This document shows, piece after piece, positions 1 to 8,483 of a stretch of 64,000 nucleotides of DNA. Within the stretch, counting starts at the first letter, position 1; every line of letters starts with the position of its first letter. This stretch comes from an uncultured Planctomycetia bacterium (GTDB lineage Bacteria > Omnitrophota > Gorgyraeia > JABMRG01): assembly GCA_964634945.1 (NCBI GenBank), contig CAZWMG010000009.1:1954-65953 (forward strand), given 5' to 3'. The position numbers and the translations under genes are program-made. The notes beneath the pieces were generated by a model. That model saw only the letters and a list, made by a program, of their open reading frames with translations, was not told the origin of the DNA and ran no database searches.

Positions 1-55
1 AGTTATACCTGTATCAAAAATTATAGCACTACCTGGGAAAATTGCAAGAAAAATA

Positions 56-84
56 TTGACATAAATTCAATTTTAAGGAATAAT
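56..84 (+). promoter_or_regulatory. Putative sigma70-type promoter upstream of bioY (TTGACA - 17 nt - AATAAT)
   Basis: TTGACA at 56-61, 17-nt spacer, AATAAT at 79-84, about 50 nt upstream of the bioY RBS AAGGAGAG. Read directly from the sequence; no experimental support. Confidence 0.4.
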
Positions 85-137
85 ACACAATATTGAAACT
101 GTTTCGAGGATTTTCATCGCTTAAAAAAGGAGAGACG

Positions 138-710
138 ATGCGTACCATTGCAATAGCTAAAAAAGAACTGATAGAGCGCAAGGCGATAGTCTGCCTGCTT
201 GGGGTGGCAAGTTTTACATTATTAACATGGCTAGGCGCCTATATATACATTCCTCTCAGAAACACACCCGTACCAATAACTATGCAGACACTATTTGTTC
301 TCCTATCCGGAGCTATTTTAGGCAAGCGCCTTGGCTCTATTTCACAAATACTATATCTTACATTGGGAGCGGCTGGCATACCATTCTTTACTTCCGGAAG
401 TTATGGCATGTTTCACCTTTTAGGCCCCACAGGCGGATATATATTAGGTTTCATCGCCGCAAGTTACATAATAGGCCGTATGCTGGAGAAAAAAGACAGC
501 CTAATATCTATAATAACCGCTTTTATCGCTGGCTCAATAGTAATATTTACTTTTGGCGCGGGTTGGCTGGCATTCGGATTGGGTCTTGGTATCGAAAAGG
601 CATTATACCTAGGGGTTCTACCATTTGTTCCTGGCTGTATAATCAAAATCATAACAGCGACAATAATAGTAAAAAGCTGTCTTAAGAGATCAAAACAGCT
701 TTTTTATTAG
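138..710 (+). CDS. bioY: Biotin transporter BioY (ECF-type S component)
   Basis: Translation from MRTIAIAKKE shows the BioY hallmark VPITMQTLFVLLSGAILG...GPTGGYILGF and about 5-6 TM helices. RBS AAGGAGAG lies 6 nt upstream of the ATG at 138. The ORF-track start at 93 is upstream of the RBS and is probably not used. Confidence 0.8.
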   Translation: MRTIAIAKKELIERKAIVCLLGVASFTLLTWLGAYIYIPLRNTPVPITMQTLFVLLSGAILGKRLGSISQILYLTLGAAGIPFFTSGSYGMFHLLGPTGGYILGFIAASYIIGRMLEKKDSLISIITAFIAGSIVIFTFGAGWLAFGLGLGIEKALYLGVLPFVPGCIIKIITATIIVKSCLKRSKQLFY

Positions 711-720
711 CAATAAAAAA

Positions 721-777
721 GGGACGGTCTTATTTTTAGAACAGAACTACTAAAAAATAAGACCGCCCCTTTTTAAG
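721..777. terminator. Bidirectional rho-independent terminator between bioY and the convergent ferredoxin gene
   Basis: Inverted repeat gggacggtcttatttt / aaaataagaccgcccc (721-769), flanked by T-runs on both strands (ttttt at 770-774; on the minus strand, the complement of the aaaaaa run at 715-720). Confidence 0.65.
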
Positions 778-780
778 TTT

Positions 781-954
781 TTAACCTACCTTTATCGCCT
801 CTACAGGGCAAGACGACGCTACCTCGTTCATGTCACATTCACAATCTTTAACATGAGCAAGATTATCATCACCGATATCAAATCCCTCCGGACACATGCT
901 TACGCATAATCCACAACCTGTACAAAGCGCCTCATCAATGGTTATATTTGCCAT
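781..954 (-). CDS. Small single-cluster 4Fe-4S ferredoxin (57 aa), absent from the ORF track because it is under 60 aa
   Basis: The reverse-complement translation is MANITIDEALCTGCGLCVSMCPEGFDIGDDNLAHVKDCECDMNEVASSCPVEAIKVG*. It has the CxxCxxC...CP ligand pattern of Thermotoga/Pyrococcus-type ferredoxins. RBS GAGGAGGA is 6 nt upstream of the ATG at 954-952, and the stop is TAA at 783-781. Confidence 0.75.
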   Translation of the reverse strand: MANITIDEALCTGCGLCVSMCPEGFDIGDDNLAHVKDCECDMNEVASSCPVEAIKVG

Positions 955-985
955 TTCATCCTCCTCTTTTAGTGTTTTTTCAAGC

Positions 986-1504
986 TTATTGAATTATCTT
1001 GTCTATCATATCCGTAGTTACATTATGCCCACGGTATTTGATTATACCATTTCTGTCTATTAGCATGAGCGTTGGCACGCCTCTTATTCTATACACCGTG
1101 GCAGCTTCTCCGTTAGGATCAAGCAAAATAGTATACGGGAGAGAATATTTCTGCTTAAATGTTCTCACCTTATTTTCCGGCTCATTAATATATATAGCGA
1201 TTACCTCAAGGCCTTTGCTATTATACTTGCTATATATATCCTTTAGATCTGGGATAATAGTTACACAGTGGGGACACCACGTTGTAGTGCATATAAGTAA
1301 TACACTTTTTTTACCATAAAAATCCGCAAGTGAGATGCTACTGCCATTTAGATCTTCAAGCGTAAAATCAGGGGCCTTCTCGCCTTGAGCAGCGCTTGTC
1401 CTTGCTGATTCTGCCACGCTGCTAGAACATGATAACGAAAAAAAACTACAGCATAATATCATAATAAGTAAAAATTTTGTTGTCGCAGAGATTAATCTAT
1501 ACAT
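986..1504 (-). CDS. TlpA/ResA-family periplasmic thiol:disulfide oxidoreductase (thioredoxin fold), probable lipoprotein
   Basis: WCPHC active-site motif in a thioredoxin-like domain, and an N-terminal lipoprotein-like signal (LIMILCCSFFSLSC). It sits adjacent to and downstream of ccdA. Confidence 0.75.
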   Translation of the reverse strand: MYRLISATTKFLLIMILCCSFFSLSCSSSVAESARTSAAQGEKAPDFTLEDLNGSSISLADFYGKKSVLLICTTTWCPHCVTIIPDLKDIYSKYNSKGLEVIAIYINEPENKVRTFKQKYSLPYTILLDPNGEAATVYRIRGVPTLMLIDRNGIIKYRGHNVTTDMIDKIIQ

Positions 1505-1506
1505 TG

Positions 1507-2214
1507 TTAGAACCTTCCCCCTGCCTGTATAATAAAGTATTCAGCGCAGGCTATCAGTATCAGGCCGAATATTTTCTTTATAATATTCAACCATTTGCCT
1601 GATCTTGGTAATGACGCGGCCAAACCTGTAAATGTACCTACTAATAAAAGTATGAACCCCATACCTAGGGCATATGTAAATAAAAGGCTTACCCCCAACA
1701 AAACATTCTGCCTACTACCTACATACGTAAGAACAGCTCCGAGTATAGGGGCTGTACAGGGGCCTATTACAAACCCCGCGGATATGCCTATTAAAAAAGC
1801 TCCCAATATGCCTTTTTTGGCTGAAGCCTTGTTACCAAAACTTAGAAATCCCGGCAGAGAAAAATTAAAAAGATCCATCATTGAAAGTCCGAGAATTAAA
1901 AATATATTTCCTACGATAAGATAAGTCCAAGGATTAGCGGATATCTCTCCGAATACGCTACCACCTAATGCCGCGACAGCTCCCAGAAACGAATAGACAA
2001 AGGCTATGCCTAAGACATAAAATAACGATAAAAGAAAGGCCCTGGCTTTTGTACCGGCTGAATTTGCTCCTATATATCCTATTGTAACAGGGATAAGCGG
2101 ATAAACACACGGGGTAAGGCTGGTAAGTACGCCACCTAGGAAAATAAGCAGATAGCTGAACAATGTTATATCTTTTATAGTGACTTCTGTAAAGGAGATA
2201 AGGGATTCGAGCAT
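1507..2214 (-). CDS. ccdA: Cytochrome c-type biogenesis / disulfide-reductant transporter CcdA (DsbD transmembrane-domain family)
   Basis: Six TM helices carrying the conserved LTSLTPCVYPLIP and GPCTAPILG cysteine motifs. The 3-nt gap to the downstream TlpA-like gene suggests an operon. Confidence 0.8.
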   Translation of the reverse strand: MLESLISFTEVTIKDITLFSYLLIFLGGVLTSLTPCVYPLIPVTIGYIGANSAGTKARAFLLSLFYVLGIAFVYSFLGAVAALGGSVFGEISANPWTYLIVGNIFLILGLSMMDLFNFSLPGFLSFGNKASAKKGILGAFLIGISAGFVIGPCTAPILGAVLTYVGSRQNVLLGVSLLFTYALGMGFILLLVGTFTGLAASLPRSGKWLNIIKKIFGLILIACAEYFIIQAGGRF

Positions 2215-3461
2215 TATAGTGATATTATATCGCCCTTGTTAAAGAGTGAGAGCGCAAGCAGCATGTGCTCCCTCATAAGGCGCGTTATAAGAAAGTTACG
2301 TTTTATATGCATCTTACCATTATGGGCAAGCCTTTTTGCGAAGTCGGGATTATGCAAAAATTGTCTCATCTTTAACGCGGCGCCTTCTATGCTGTGACAT
2401 AAAAGTCCGCTATATTTATTCTTTATCTGCAGCGGTATGCCCCCAACGGCAGAGGCGACAACCGGCTTCTCTTTCCATAAGGCCTCAGTAACCGTAAGCG
2501 CGAATCCCTCTTTAAGGGACTTCTGGATAATAACAGATGACGCTCTCTGCAGGGCGTTTACCTCTATATCATTATGCTCCGGGGGTATAAGCAAGAGATG
2601 GACATCATCAAGGCCTTCTGCCTTTTGCTTTACCTCTTTAAGGACCTTAGCGCCTTCAGGATCATCTGCCGCGCTGTTGCCAATGAGTACAAGTTGGGCA
2701 TCAACGTATTTTTTAACCATCTTAAAAGCCTCTACCACGCCCACGGGATCCTTTAAATAATCATACCTGGAAACCTGAGATACTATAGGCTTATTCTTAC
2801 TTATGCCGTATTTGGCCAGAACCTTATCTATTTTTTGCTGACCTAACGGCTTATTCTTATCGCTCAAAGGGTCTATCGCGGGACATATCAAAAACTGCGG
2901 GGTCTTAAGTGGCCTGGTAAATTTCGGGCTTGAAAATATAGAAGCATTGTACCCCTCAACAAAAGTGGCTAAAAAGTCCCATACTCTTTCGTTGGGAGAG
3001 GATACGTCCACATGACACCTCCATACCCATTTGGTATCTTTCATCTTCCTCTTATTCTGAATAAGGGCTATGGGCTGCGGGTCATGGACAAAGACGATAT
3101 CCCCTGTTATCTCCATCTCTTTGTTGTATTTTTTGGCAGTTTCAAGGTATATATCAAAATCTTTGTCAACGATTACATCCGCACGGCCATGTAACGCATT
3201 ATGGAATTTTTTTGTCACATTGTAAAATTCAGGGCTACCATCTATCACGTCCCAACCTATATCGACTCCAAGCTCACGCATAAGCGGTATAACACAGGTT
3301 AACATCTCAGCTACCCCACCACCTACACGAGTAGAATTTATATGTTGTATCCTTTTACCCTTAAGCCGTGACGCCAGGAGCTTAAGCTCATCTATAGTGT
3401 CTTCTCCTACAATAGGGATATAATCATCTAGTCTCAATGCTTTTGCTCTATTTTTTACCAT
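2214..3461 (-). CDS. treT: Trehalose glycosyltransferring synthase TreT-like GT4 glycosyltransferase
   Basis: It matches archaeal/Thermotoga TreT almost motif for motif: HINSTRVGGGVAEML, WRCHVDVSSPN, QVSRYD, DDPEG, NALQRASSVIIQKSLKEGFALTVTEALWKEKPVVASAVGGI. This is a from-memory alignment to Thermococcus TreT. Confidence 0.7.
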   Translation of the reverse strand: MVKNRAKALRLDDYIPIVGEDTIDELKLLASRLKGKRIQHINSTRVGGGVAEMLTCVIPLMRELGVDIGWDVIDGSPEFYNVTKKFHNALHGRADVIVDKDFDIYLETAKKYNKEMEITGDIVFVHDPQPIALIQNKRKMKDTKWVWRCHVDVSSPNERVWDFLATFVEGYNASIFSSPKFTRPLKTPQFLICPAIDPLSDKNKPLGQQKIDKVLAKYGISKNKPIVSQVSRYDYLKDPVGVVEAFKMVKKYVDAQLVLIGNSAADDPEGAKVLKEVKQKAEGLDDVHLLLIPPEHNDIEVNALQRASSVIIQKSLKEGFALTVTEALWKEKPVVASAVGGIPLQIKNKYSGLLCHSIEGAALKMRQFLHNPDFAKRLAHNGKMHIKRNFLITRLMREHMLLALSLFNKGDIISL

Positions 3462-4131
3462 GCTCTCGCTTCCATTCAGGGCTTTTTCTTATTATATTTA
3501 TTATATTTTGACGTAAACCTTCCAATGTGTACGTATACGGATCAAAGGTCTCAAGTTGTGAAGCAAGTTTCGGATATCCAAGGCTTGTATCAATCCAATT
3601 GGAAAAGTCATTTATGCCTTTCTCGAGCCTCAGTCGCACATTAAAGATGTGAAAATCAATAGAACGTATAGTAACTTTTTTCAGCGCTTGAACCATCTCC
3701 TCCAGATTATATGCTGTATAAGACGTAGGAAGTACAAAACTTCGGGATTTTGTAAAATCAAATTCCTTACCCACAGGGGCATTACGTATCTCTTTTACAT
3801 TAAAAAGGTGGCCTTCAATAACCTCTATCAGTTTTTCCCTTAAAGCCCTTATTGTGCTAAACTGGTATATATCTATGCTACTTAGGCGCTCCGCCAATAC
3901 GTCCTCACCAAGAAAATGCTTAACCCAATAAGCAAAGGCATTCGGTGGTTCAGGTGAAAGAAACTGATGCTGCTGCAAAAAAACGTGCGTATGGTAATAA
4001 ATAACAGATCCTGAAACATCTTTAAGAACATTGACAAGTTCACGCGTGTTACGCGCCTTTAGACCCGTAGATTCGCGCAATTCAATATGCGTACGAAAAT
4101 AAAACGGATTTTTTTTCTTTTTATTAGCCAT
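3448..4131 (-). CDS. Conserved hypothetical protein (227 aa) overlapping treT by 14 nt; function unknown
   Basis: ORF with no motif I recognise. The 14-nt same-strand overlap with treT suggests co-expression. It starts MANKKKKNPFYF. Confidence 0.5.
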   Translation of the reverse strand: MANKKKKNPFYFRTHIELRESTGLKARNTRELVNVLKDVSGSVIYYHTHVFLQQHQFLSPEPPNAFAYWVKHFLGEDVLAERLSSIDIYQFSTIRALREKLIEVIEGHLFNVKEIRNAPVGKEFDFTKSRSFVLPTSYTAYNLEEMVQALKKVTIRSIDFHIFNVRLRLEKGINDFSNWIDTSLGYPKLASQLETFDPYTYTLEGLRQNIINIIRKSPEWKREHGKK

Positions 4132-4153
4132 GGACTATACCTATTCTTATCCC

Positions 4154-4567
4154 TTACTTGCTCAAGATATCTTTCTGTTTAAGGAGCTGTTGCGCATACC
4201 GCGATTTCAGATTACCCATCTTATCCTTTACGCTCTTTAACTTTGCCTCTAGCTCGCTTAAGGTCATCAGGTTTATCTTCTTGCGTTTTTTTCCCTTGCT
4301 TTCTCCTGCTTCAGGCTTAGCAGCTTCTTCTTTAGGCGCTTCGGCTTTTTCTTCTACCTTTTCAGCCGTATGCTCATCAGCCTTCGACTGAGGCTGATCC
4401 GCCTTCGGCGGAACCTCTACCTTTTCTTCAGGTTCTGTTTTTGCTTCTTCCTTAGGCGCCTCTTTCTTTACCTCTACCTTAACCTCTACCTTTTCCTTAG
4501 GAGCTTCTACCTTTTTATTATCTTTCTTCTCTTCTGTATTTTTTGCACTCTTATTCTCTTCACTCAT
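4154..4567 (-). CDS. Low-complexity Lys/Glu/Pro-rich protein with a conserved C-terminal helical segment; function unknown
   Basis: Start is chosen at MSEENK, with an AGGAGA-like RBS (ggagataat...atg); the ORF-track start at 4642 lacks an RBS. About 100 aa of KE/P-rich repeats (EAPKEKVEVKVEVKKEAPKEE...) are followed by KKRKKINLMTLSELEAKLKSVKDKMGNLKSRYAQQLLKQKDILSK. Confidence 0.5.
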   Translation of the reverse strand: MSEENKSAKNTEEKKDNKKVEAPKEKVEVKVEVKKEAPKEEAKTEPEEKVEVPPKADQPQSKADEHTAEKVEEKAEAPKEEAAKPEAGESKGKKRKKINLMTLSELEAKLKSVKDKMGNLKSRYAQQLLKQKDILSK

Positions 4568-4952
4568 GTTAATATTATCTCCTTTCAACCGCGTATGACG
4601 GATATGTAGAGCAAGTATACCATAAACCACCCTACATGTCAAAAAAATAGGCTGCTATTATGCCTGTGCCATCTTAATATACTAAAAGCATAGCTCATGC
4701 AATCACTTATATGTTATCATCCACTTCTCTGTACAGGACAGTTTCGTTGCAACTTGCGCAAGGTTGTTGCGCTCTAATCCACCAACATCTTGGCGACCCT
4801 GCTTTTGGAATCATCTGAATCATTGCTATAGGGCTTCTTTTCAAGGGCTATATTATCTACTGTATTCTTATTCTTGTAGATGAAGTAGCACGCATTCCGT
4901 TCTTCACATTTTATATCCTGCTTTATCGCAGTAAGAATGCCTGCTTCAAGCG

Positions 4953-5339
4953 TTAGTTATTCACACGCTTATTTGAGATATTAAATTCCACCCTTTTCAT
5001 AAGATACGACAGTCTCGGTGGCTTTACAATATAATCATCAACGCCCTTTTGAAAGAGCTCCTCTATCTCATCTATCTCGTCTTTCGCGCTTAATACAAGC
5101 ACTGATACGGCCCTCTTATTGCCCCTGGATTTAAGCCTGGCGCATATCTCCTCACCTTTCATATCAGGTAAGATCAGATCAAGAATTACAAGATCAAACT
5201 TCTCTTTCCTGGCCCTGTCAAGGCCTTCGCGTCCATTATCCGCGCATTCAACAAGATAACCTTCTCCGCCGAGAAAAGAAGATACAGAGTCTCTGTCCTC
5301 TCTATTGCCGTCTATAAGTAAAATTTTTGGATAATCCAT
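4953..5339 (-). CDS. Single-domain response regulator (CheY-like receiver, no output domain)
   Basis: Receiver fold motifs are present: acceptor-Asp region LVILDLILPDMKG, the conserved Ser/Thr region VLVLSAK, and the conserved Lys in YIVKP. Confidence 0.8.
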   Translation of the reverse strand: MDYPKILLIDGNREDRDSVSSFLGGEGYLVECADNGREGLDRARKEKFDLVILDLILPDMKGEEICARLKSRGNKRAVSVLVLSAKDEIDEIEELFQKGVDDYIVKPPRLSYLMKRVEFNISNKRVNN

Positions 5340-5386
5340 AGTTATAGATACATCCTAATCTTGATACAGTTAGAAACAGATAATAC

Positions 5387-5890
5387 TTACAATAGTTGCA
5401 ATTTATAGTCTTTTCCATTGTCATTTAATATAACAGCGTCCTTGCTTATCTTGTTGACAGTGAAAGATCCTATCTTGTCACCCTCACCAACCATCTCACC
5501 ATTTATAACCGCGCGAGGCTCTTTGCCATGATGAAAGAGTATGCCTTCTAACCTAATCTCAGATATCGCTAAATCTCCTCCGGCAAGCGCTGATTTTTCT
5601 GAAAACGGGTCCCTGCCCCAGGGAATAGCGTCCGCTGACTGCATCGCTTCCTGGTATCTATCTACACCAGAACCCGACTTAACATCTTTAGCAGCCATCG
5701 CATCTTTTTTTACTATCTCTTTAAACGCATCCGCGGACATATAAGGGGCGCTCCCATTTACCTTCTTTGATTTAAATATAACCCTGAGACTATTTATCAA
5801 AACAAGAATAAGAGCAAGCGCCATAACAGAAGTAATGGCTATCTCAATCTTTGTCTTGTTATCCATGTTCCTAAAATCAACAGATCCCAT
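5387..5890 (-). CDS. pilP: PilP-like pilus assembly protein (GspC HR-domain fold)
   Basis: N-terminal TM segment plus a C-terminal beta-sandwich segment LEGILFHHGKEPRAVINGEMVGEGDKIGSFTVNKISKDAVILNDNGKDYKLQL typical of PilP. It sits immediately after pilO. Confidence 0.6.
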   Translation of the reverse strand: MGSVDFRNMDNKTKIEIAITSVMALALILVLINSLRVIFKSKKVNGSAPYMSADAFKEIVKKDAMAAKDVKSGSGVDRYQEAMQSADAIPWGRDPFSEKSALAGGDLAISEIRLEGILFHHGKEPRAVINGEMVGEGDKIGSFTVNKISKDAVILNDNGKDYKLQLL

Positions 5891-5895
5891 GAAAA

Positions 5896-6480
5896 TTACC
5901 TCTCGCCTATCACATACACAGTAAGTGTCAGATCTACCATCAGACTAGTTGCTGTATCAATGTTTTTACTAATCTTGATATGATCTATGCTAGCAAGTAT
6001 ATTAAGACTATCCTGTATCTTTCTGGTATATTCCGCTAATGCCTTATATGAAGCACGTAACTGAAGGTCTATCTTTATGCTATCAAGCGGCCTCTTATCC
6101 ATATTGATGGGCTTACCATCATTATCAAGCGCCTGCACAGATTGTGTGGGCCTTATGCTCACCACCTCAAGGCCGGAGGCCTGCGCTAAACTTGAGAGTT
6201 CTGAGACTATAGATGATATCTGTTTCTTTGTGGGCAACCTCTTCTCAAAAAGCTTCATCTCCTGCTGCATCTGACCTAATAGAGGGCCTAACTTCTCTAT
6301 GTCTCCAAGCATCGCGTTTGCAAAACCTATCTGGCTTTCTATATCATTAATCTCTCCTCTGAGCCGCGCTACCTCCTGATGTTGAGGAATATAAACAAGA
6401 ACAGAAAAGAGTATAATAAAAACAAGCATGATAGTCATGCCAACATATTGCTTTTTATCTTTTAATTTTGGTTTGCTCAC
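5896..6480 (-). CDS. pilO: Type IV pilus assembly protein PilO
   Basis: Single N-terminal TM, then a coiled-coil and ferredoxin-like periplasmic domain. It sits between the pilM-pilN fusion and pilP and overlaps the upstream gene by 4 nt (ATGA). Confidence 0.7.
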   Translation of the reverse strand: MSKPKLKDKKQYVGMTIMLVFIILFSVLVYIPQHQEVARLRGEINDIESQIGFANAMLGDIEKLGPLLGQMQQEMKLFEKRLPTKKQISSIVSELSSLAQASGLEVVSIRPTQSVQALDNDGKPINMDKRPLDSIKIDLQLRASYKALAEYTRKIQDSLNILASIDHIKISKNIDTATSLMVDLTLTVYVIGER

Positions 6481-8162
6481 TTTGTCTTTCCTAAGCTGCA
6501 GCTTACCTGAAATTCCAAGGCCTGTTTTTTTGAGACCTCTATGTCTTTTGTCGAATCAAGCATTACGTTATGGAAAAATTCTGAATCCTCCAATACCCTT
6601 ATAAACTTCGCTAACGTAACCTCCGCTGTCTCATTCGTCTCAAAAACAATGCCTTCCATGTACATGCTGGTCGCGTGTTCTTTTATAATAATATCTCGCA
6701 GGCATGTTTCTCTTGGCATAAGATTACTTAATGATTTAAATATATAATATAGAGGCACCTGCCTTTTTAATGTCTGATTCATAATGGTGTTCTTCTGCGC
6801 TATCTGTGAATAAAGCGCCTGCGCCTCCTGTAGTTTGTGCCACTGTGGCTGTTCAGCGTTAAGAACCTTACGCAAGGCTTGTTCGTGACCAAAATCGAAG
6901 AAATAAAAAGCCAGAAGCGTCAACGTAATAAATATAAAGACAAGCCTTATTGATATCTTCTCTATCTTCTTTATGTCCTGTCTTTTATAAAACTCGGGCA
7001 TAAGATTCATCTTCTCTGGATTGGCTAAAGCGGCGCCTATGCAAGGAGCAATAACCGGAAAATCTTCTTTAAAATTATTTACCATTTCATTCTTGAGTTT
7101 CAATCGCAAATTCCCGGGCACATTAAGCGATTCAACCGGCATTGAAAGCATGGCAAATATATGAGATTTTATATTCTTCATCCTTGATGTGCCACCGCTC
7201 AATATTATCTTTACTACATTGCCTTCTCCAAACTGACTGGAATAGTATTCAAAAGAACGCCTTATATCATTAATCAGCCTCTCAAGAACAGGCCTGATCA
7301 TCGAGCTCACCTGTCTGGCTGATAAGCCGTCCTTTAGCGCATCTTCTGACTCCTCCGGTATACCTATCTCCTTCTTAAGCGATTCCGCTCGATCCAGCGA
7401 AAGCTCAATCTCGCCGCTCTCTGACACAAGGGTTCCTGCCATTGATTGGGTAAAATCCTGCCCTGAGATCCCAACCTGTCTTACGAGTCTTATTATATTG
7501 TTCTTTATAATAGCGATAGTTGTAGTGGAATTCCCTATGTCTATAATAGCTATAGGATCATTCATAGGCTCTGGCTTACCGAGCATATAAAGATTGTGTA
7601 GGCAATACGCTACCGGAGCAAGAACCGTGGGAGAAAAATTCTCTTTAAAGACTTTTTCCGCGAAAGATATACGTTCATCTACAAAATGATTATTCGCTAT
7701 GTTCGCGATCACCTCGATGCCATCAGTGTCAGTTGCCCTTTTATGGCTTTCTAAAACCTCGAAGTCCAACACCGATTCGTCGACATTAAATAAAAAATGA
7801 TCTTTTGCCTGCCACCTCAGGGCCTGCGCTATATCACTAACAGGCATAGAGGGTAGAGATATCCTCTTACTGTCAATCTTTGAGCCTGAGGCTACAAATT
7901 TTACCTCAATATTATGGGAGAGCTGGAGAGTCTTTAATAGGTTGGTTACCTTGGATACTAAATCTTGGCTTGCATACCCTTCATCCTTGCTAATAGGCAT
8001 AATAAAGTAATTGAACAATGATGCCGATGAGTCTGATTCTTGCTTTAAGATAATTATTTTTACAGATTTCTGTGATGTTTCGACTCCAAGAATCGGTGGA
8101 GAAGGCATAAATTTTGAACATGCCTTTTTGATAGATTGTTCTATTTTAGTTAGATCAAGCAA
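6477..8162 (-). CDS. pilM-pilN: PilM-PilN fusion protein (actin-like PilM ATPase domain fused to PilN TM + periplasmic domain)
   Basis: Residues 1-360 look like PilM (IIDIGNSTTTIAI, ILSGGTS actin-fold motifs). They are followed by the TM helix ISIRLVFIFITLTLLAFYFF and a PilN-like coiled-coil and periplasmic region. Confidence 0.8.
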   Translation of the reverse strand: MLDLTKIEQSIKKACSKFMPSPPILGVETSQKSVKIIILKQESDSSASLFNYFIMPISKDEGYASQDLVSKVTNLLKTLQLSHNIEVKFVASGSKIDSKRISLPSMPVSDIAQALRWQAKDHFLFNVDESVLDFEVLESHKRATDTDGIEVIANIANNHFVDERISFAEKVFKENFSPTVLAPVAYCLHNLYMLGKPEPMNDPIAIIDIGNSTTTIAIIKNNIIRLVRQVGISGQDFTQSMAGTLVSESGEIELSLDRAESLKKEIGIPEESEDALKDGLSARQVSSMIRPVLERLINDIRRSFEYYSSQFGEGNVVKIILSGGTSRMKNIKSHIFAMLSMPVESLNVPGNLRLKLKNEMVNNFKEDFPVIAPCIGAALANPEKMNLMPEFYKRQDIKKIEKISIRLVFIFITLTLLAFYFFDFGHEQALRKVLNAEQPQWHKLQEAQALYSQIAQKNTIMNQTLKRQVPLYYIFKSLSNLMPRETCLRDIIIKEHATSMYMEGIVFETNETAEVTLAKFIRVLEDSEFFHNVMLDSTKDIEVSKKQALEFQVSCSLGKTK

Positions 8163-8176
8163 TTAATTCATACCTT

Positions 8177-8398
8177 TTAATATGGGGATAACCTTCGTGC
8201 AATAAGCGATAAACCAAAAAAAGCCGCGCTGAAAAGAAGGCAGATACCAAGGCCTATTCGATACCTTATCGCTTTTTCATCGATATCCGTGGCAACGGTA
8301 TTGGCCCAATCGGTCATGCTTACAAGCAACTTAGGAAACAATATAAACATTATTCCAAATAAAAACGCTATGCAGCCCGCGAATATGAAAAATACCAA
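8177..8398 (-). CDS. Small two-TM membrane protein (73 aa), hypothetical
   Basis: It has two hydrophobic helices and sits between pilM-pilN and the YfhO-like gene. There is no homology I can name, so coding status is uncertain. Confidence 0.35.
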   Translation of the reverse strand: MVFFIFAGCIAFLFGIMFILFPKLLVSMTDWANTVATDIDEKAIRYRIGLGICLLFSAAFFGLSLIARRLSPY

Positions 8399-8483
8399 GA
8401 TAACCCCTTTTTATTCTTGTCCTTGAGACTATAGTTATAAAATTATGGGCTTCTTTTAATTATAAATTTATTATACTCAATAT

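Noticed and set aside
227-685. Plus-strand 152-aa ORF overlapping bioY in another frame (and similar shadow ORFs such as 999-1319, 1595-1924, 2437-2760, 12179-12382, 16060-16371, 18192-18683, 20411-20794, 24244-24732, 25837-26340, 40949-41395, 49271-49639)
   Set aside because: These are antisense or alternate-frame ORFs entirely inside well-supported genes. They lack RBS and have biased, low-complexity composition, so they are ORF-finder artefacts.
4643-4952. 310-bp gap between the KE-rich gene and the response regulator as a possible ncRNA
   Set aside because: I could identify no convincing structure, terminator or known RNA motif by eye. It is left unannotated.
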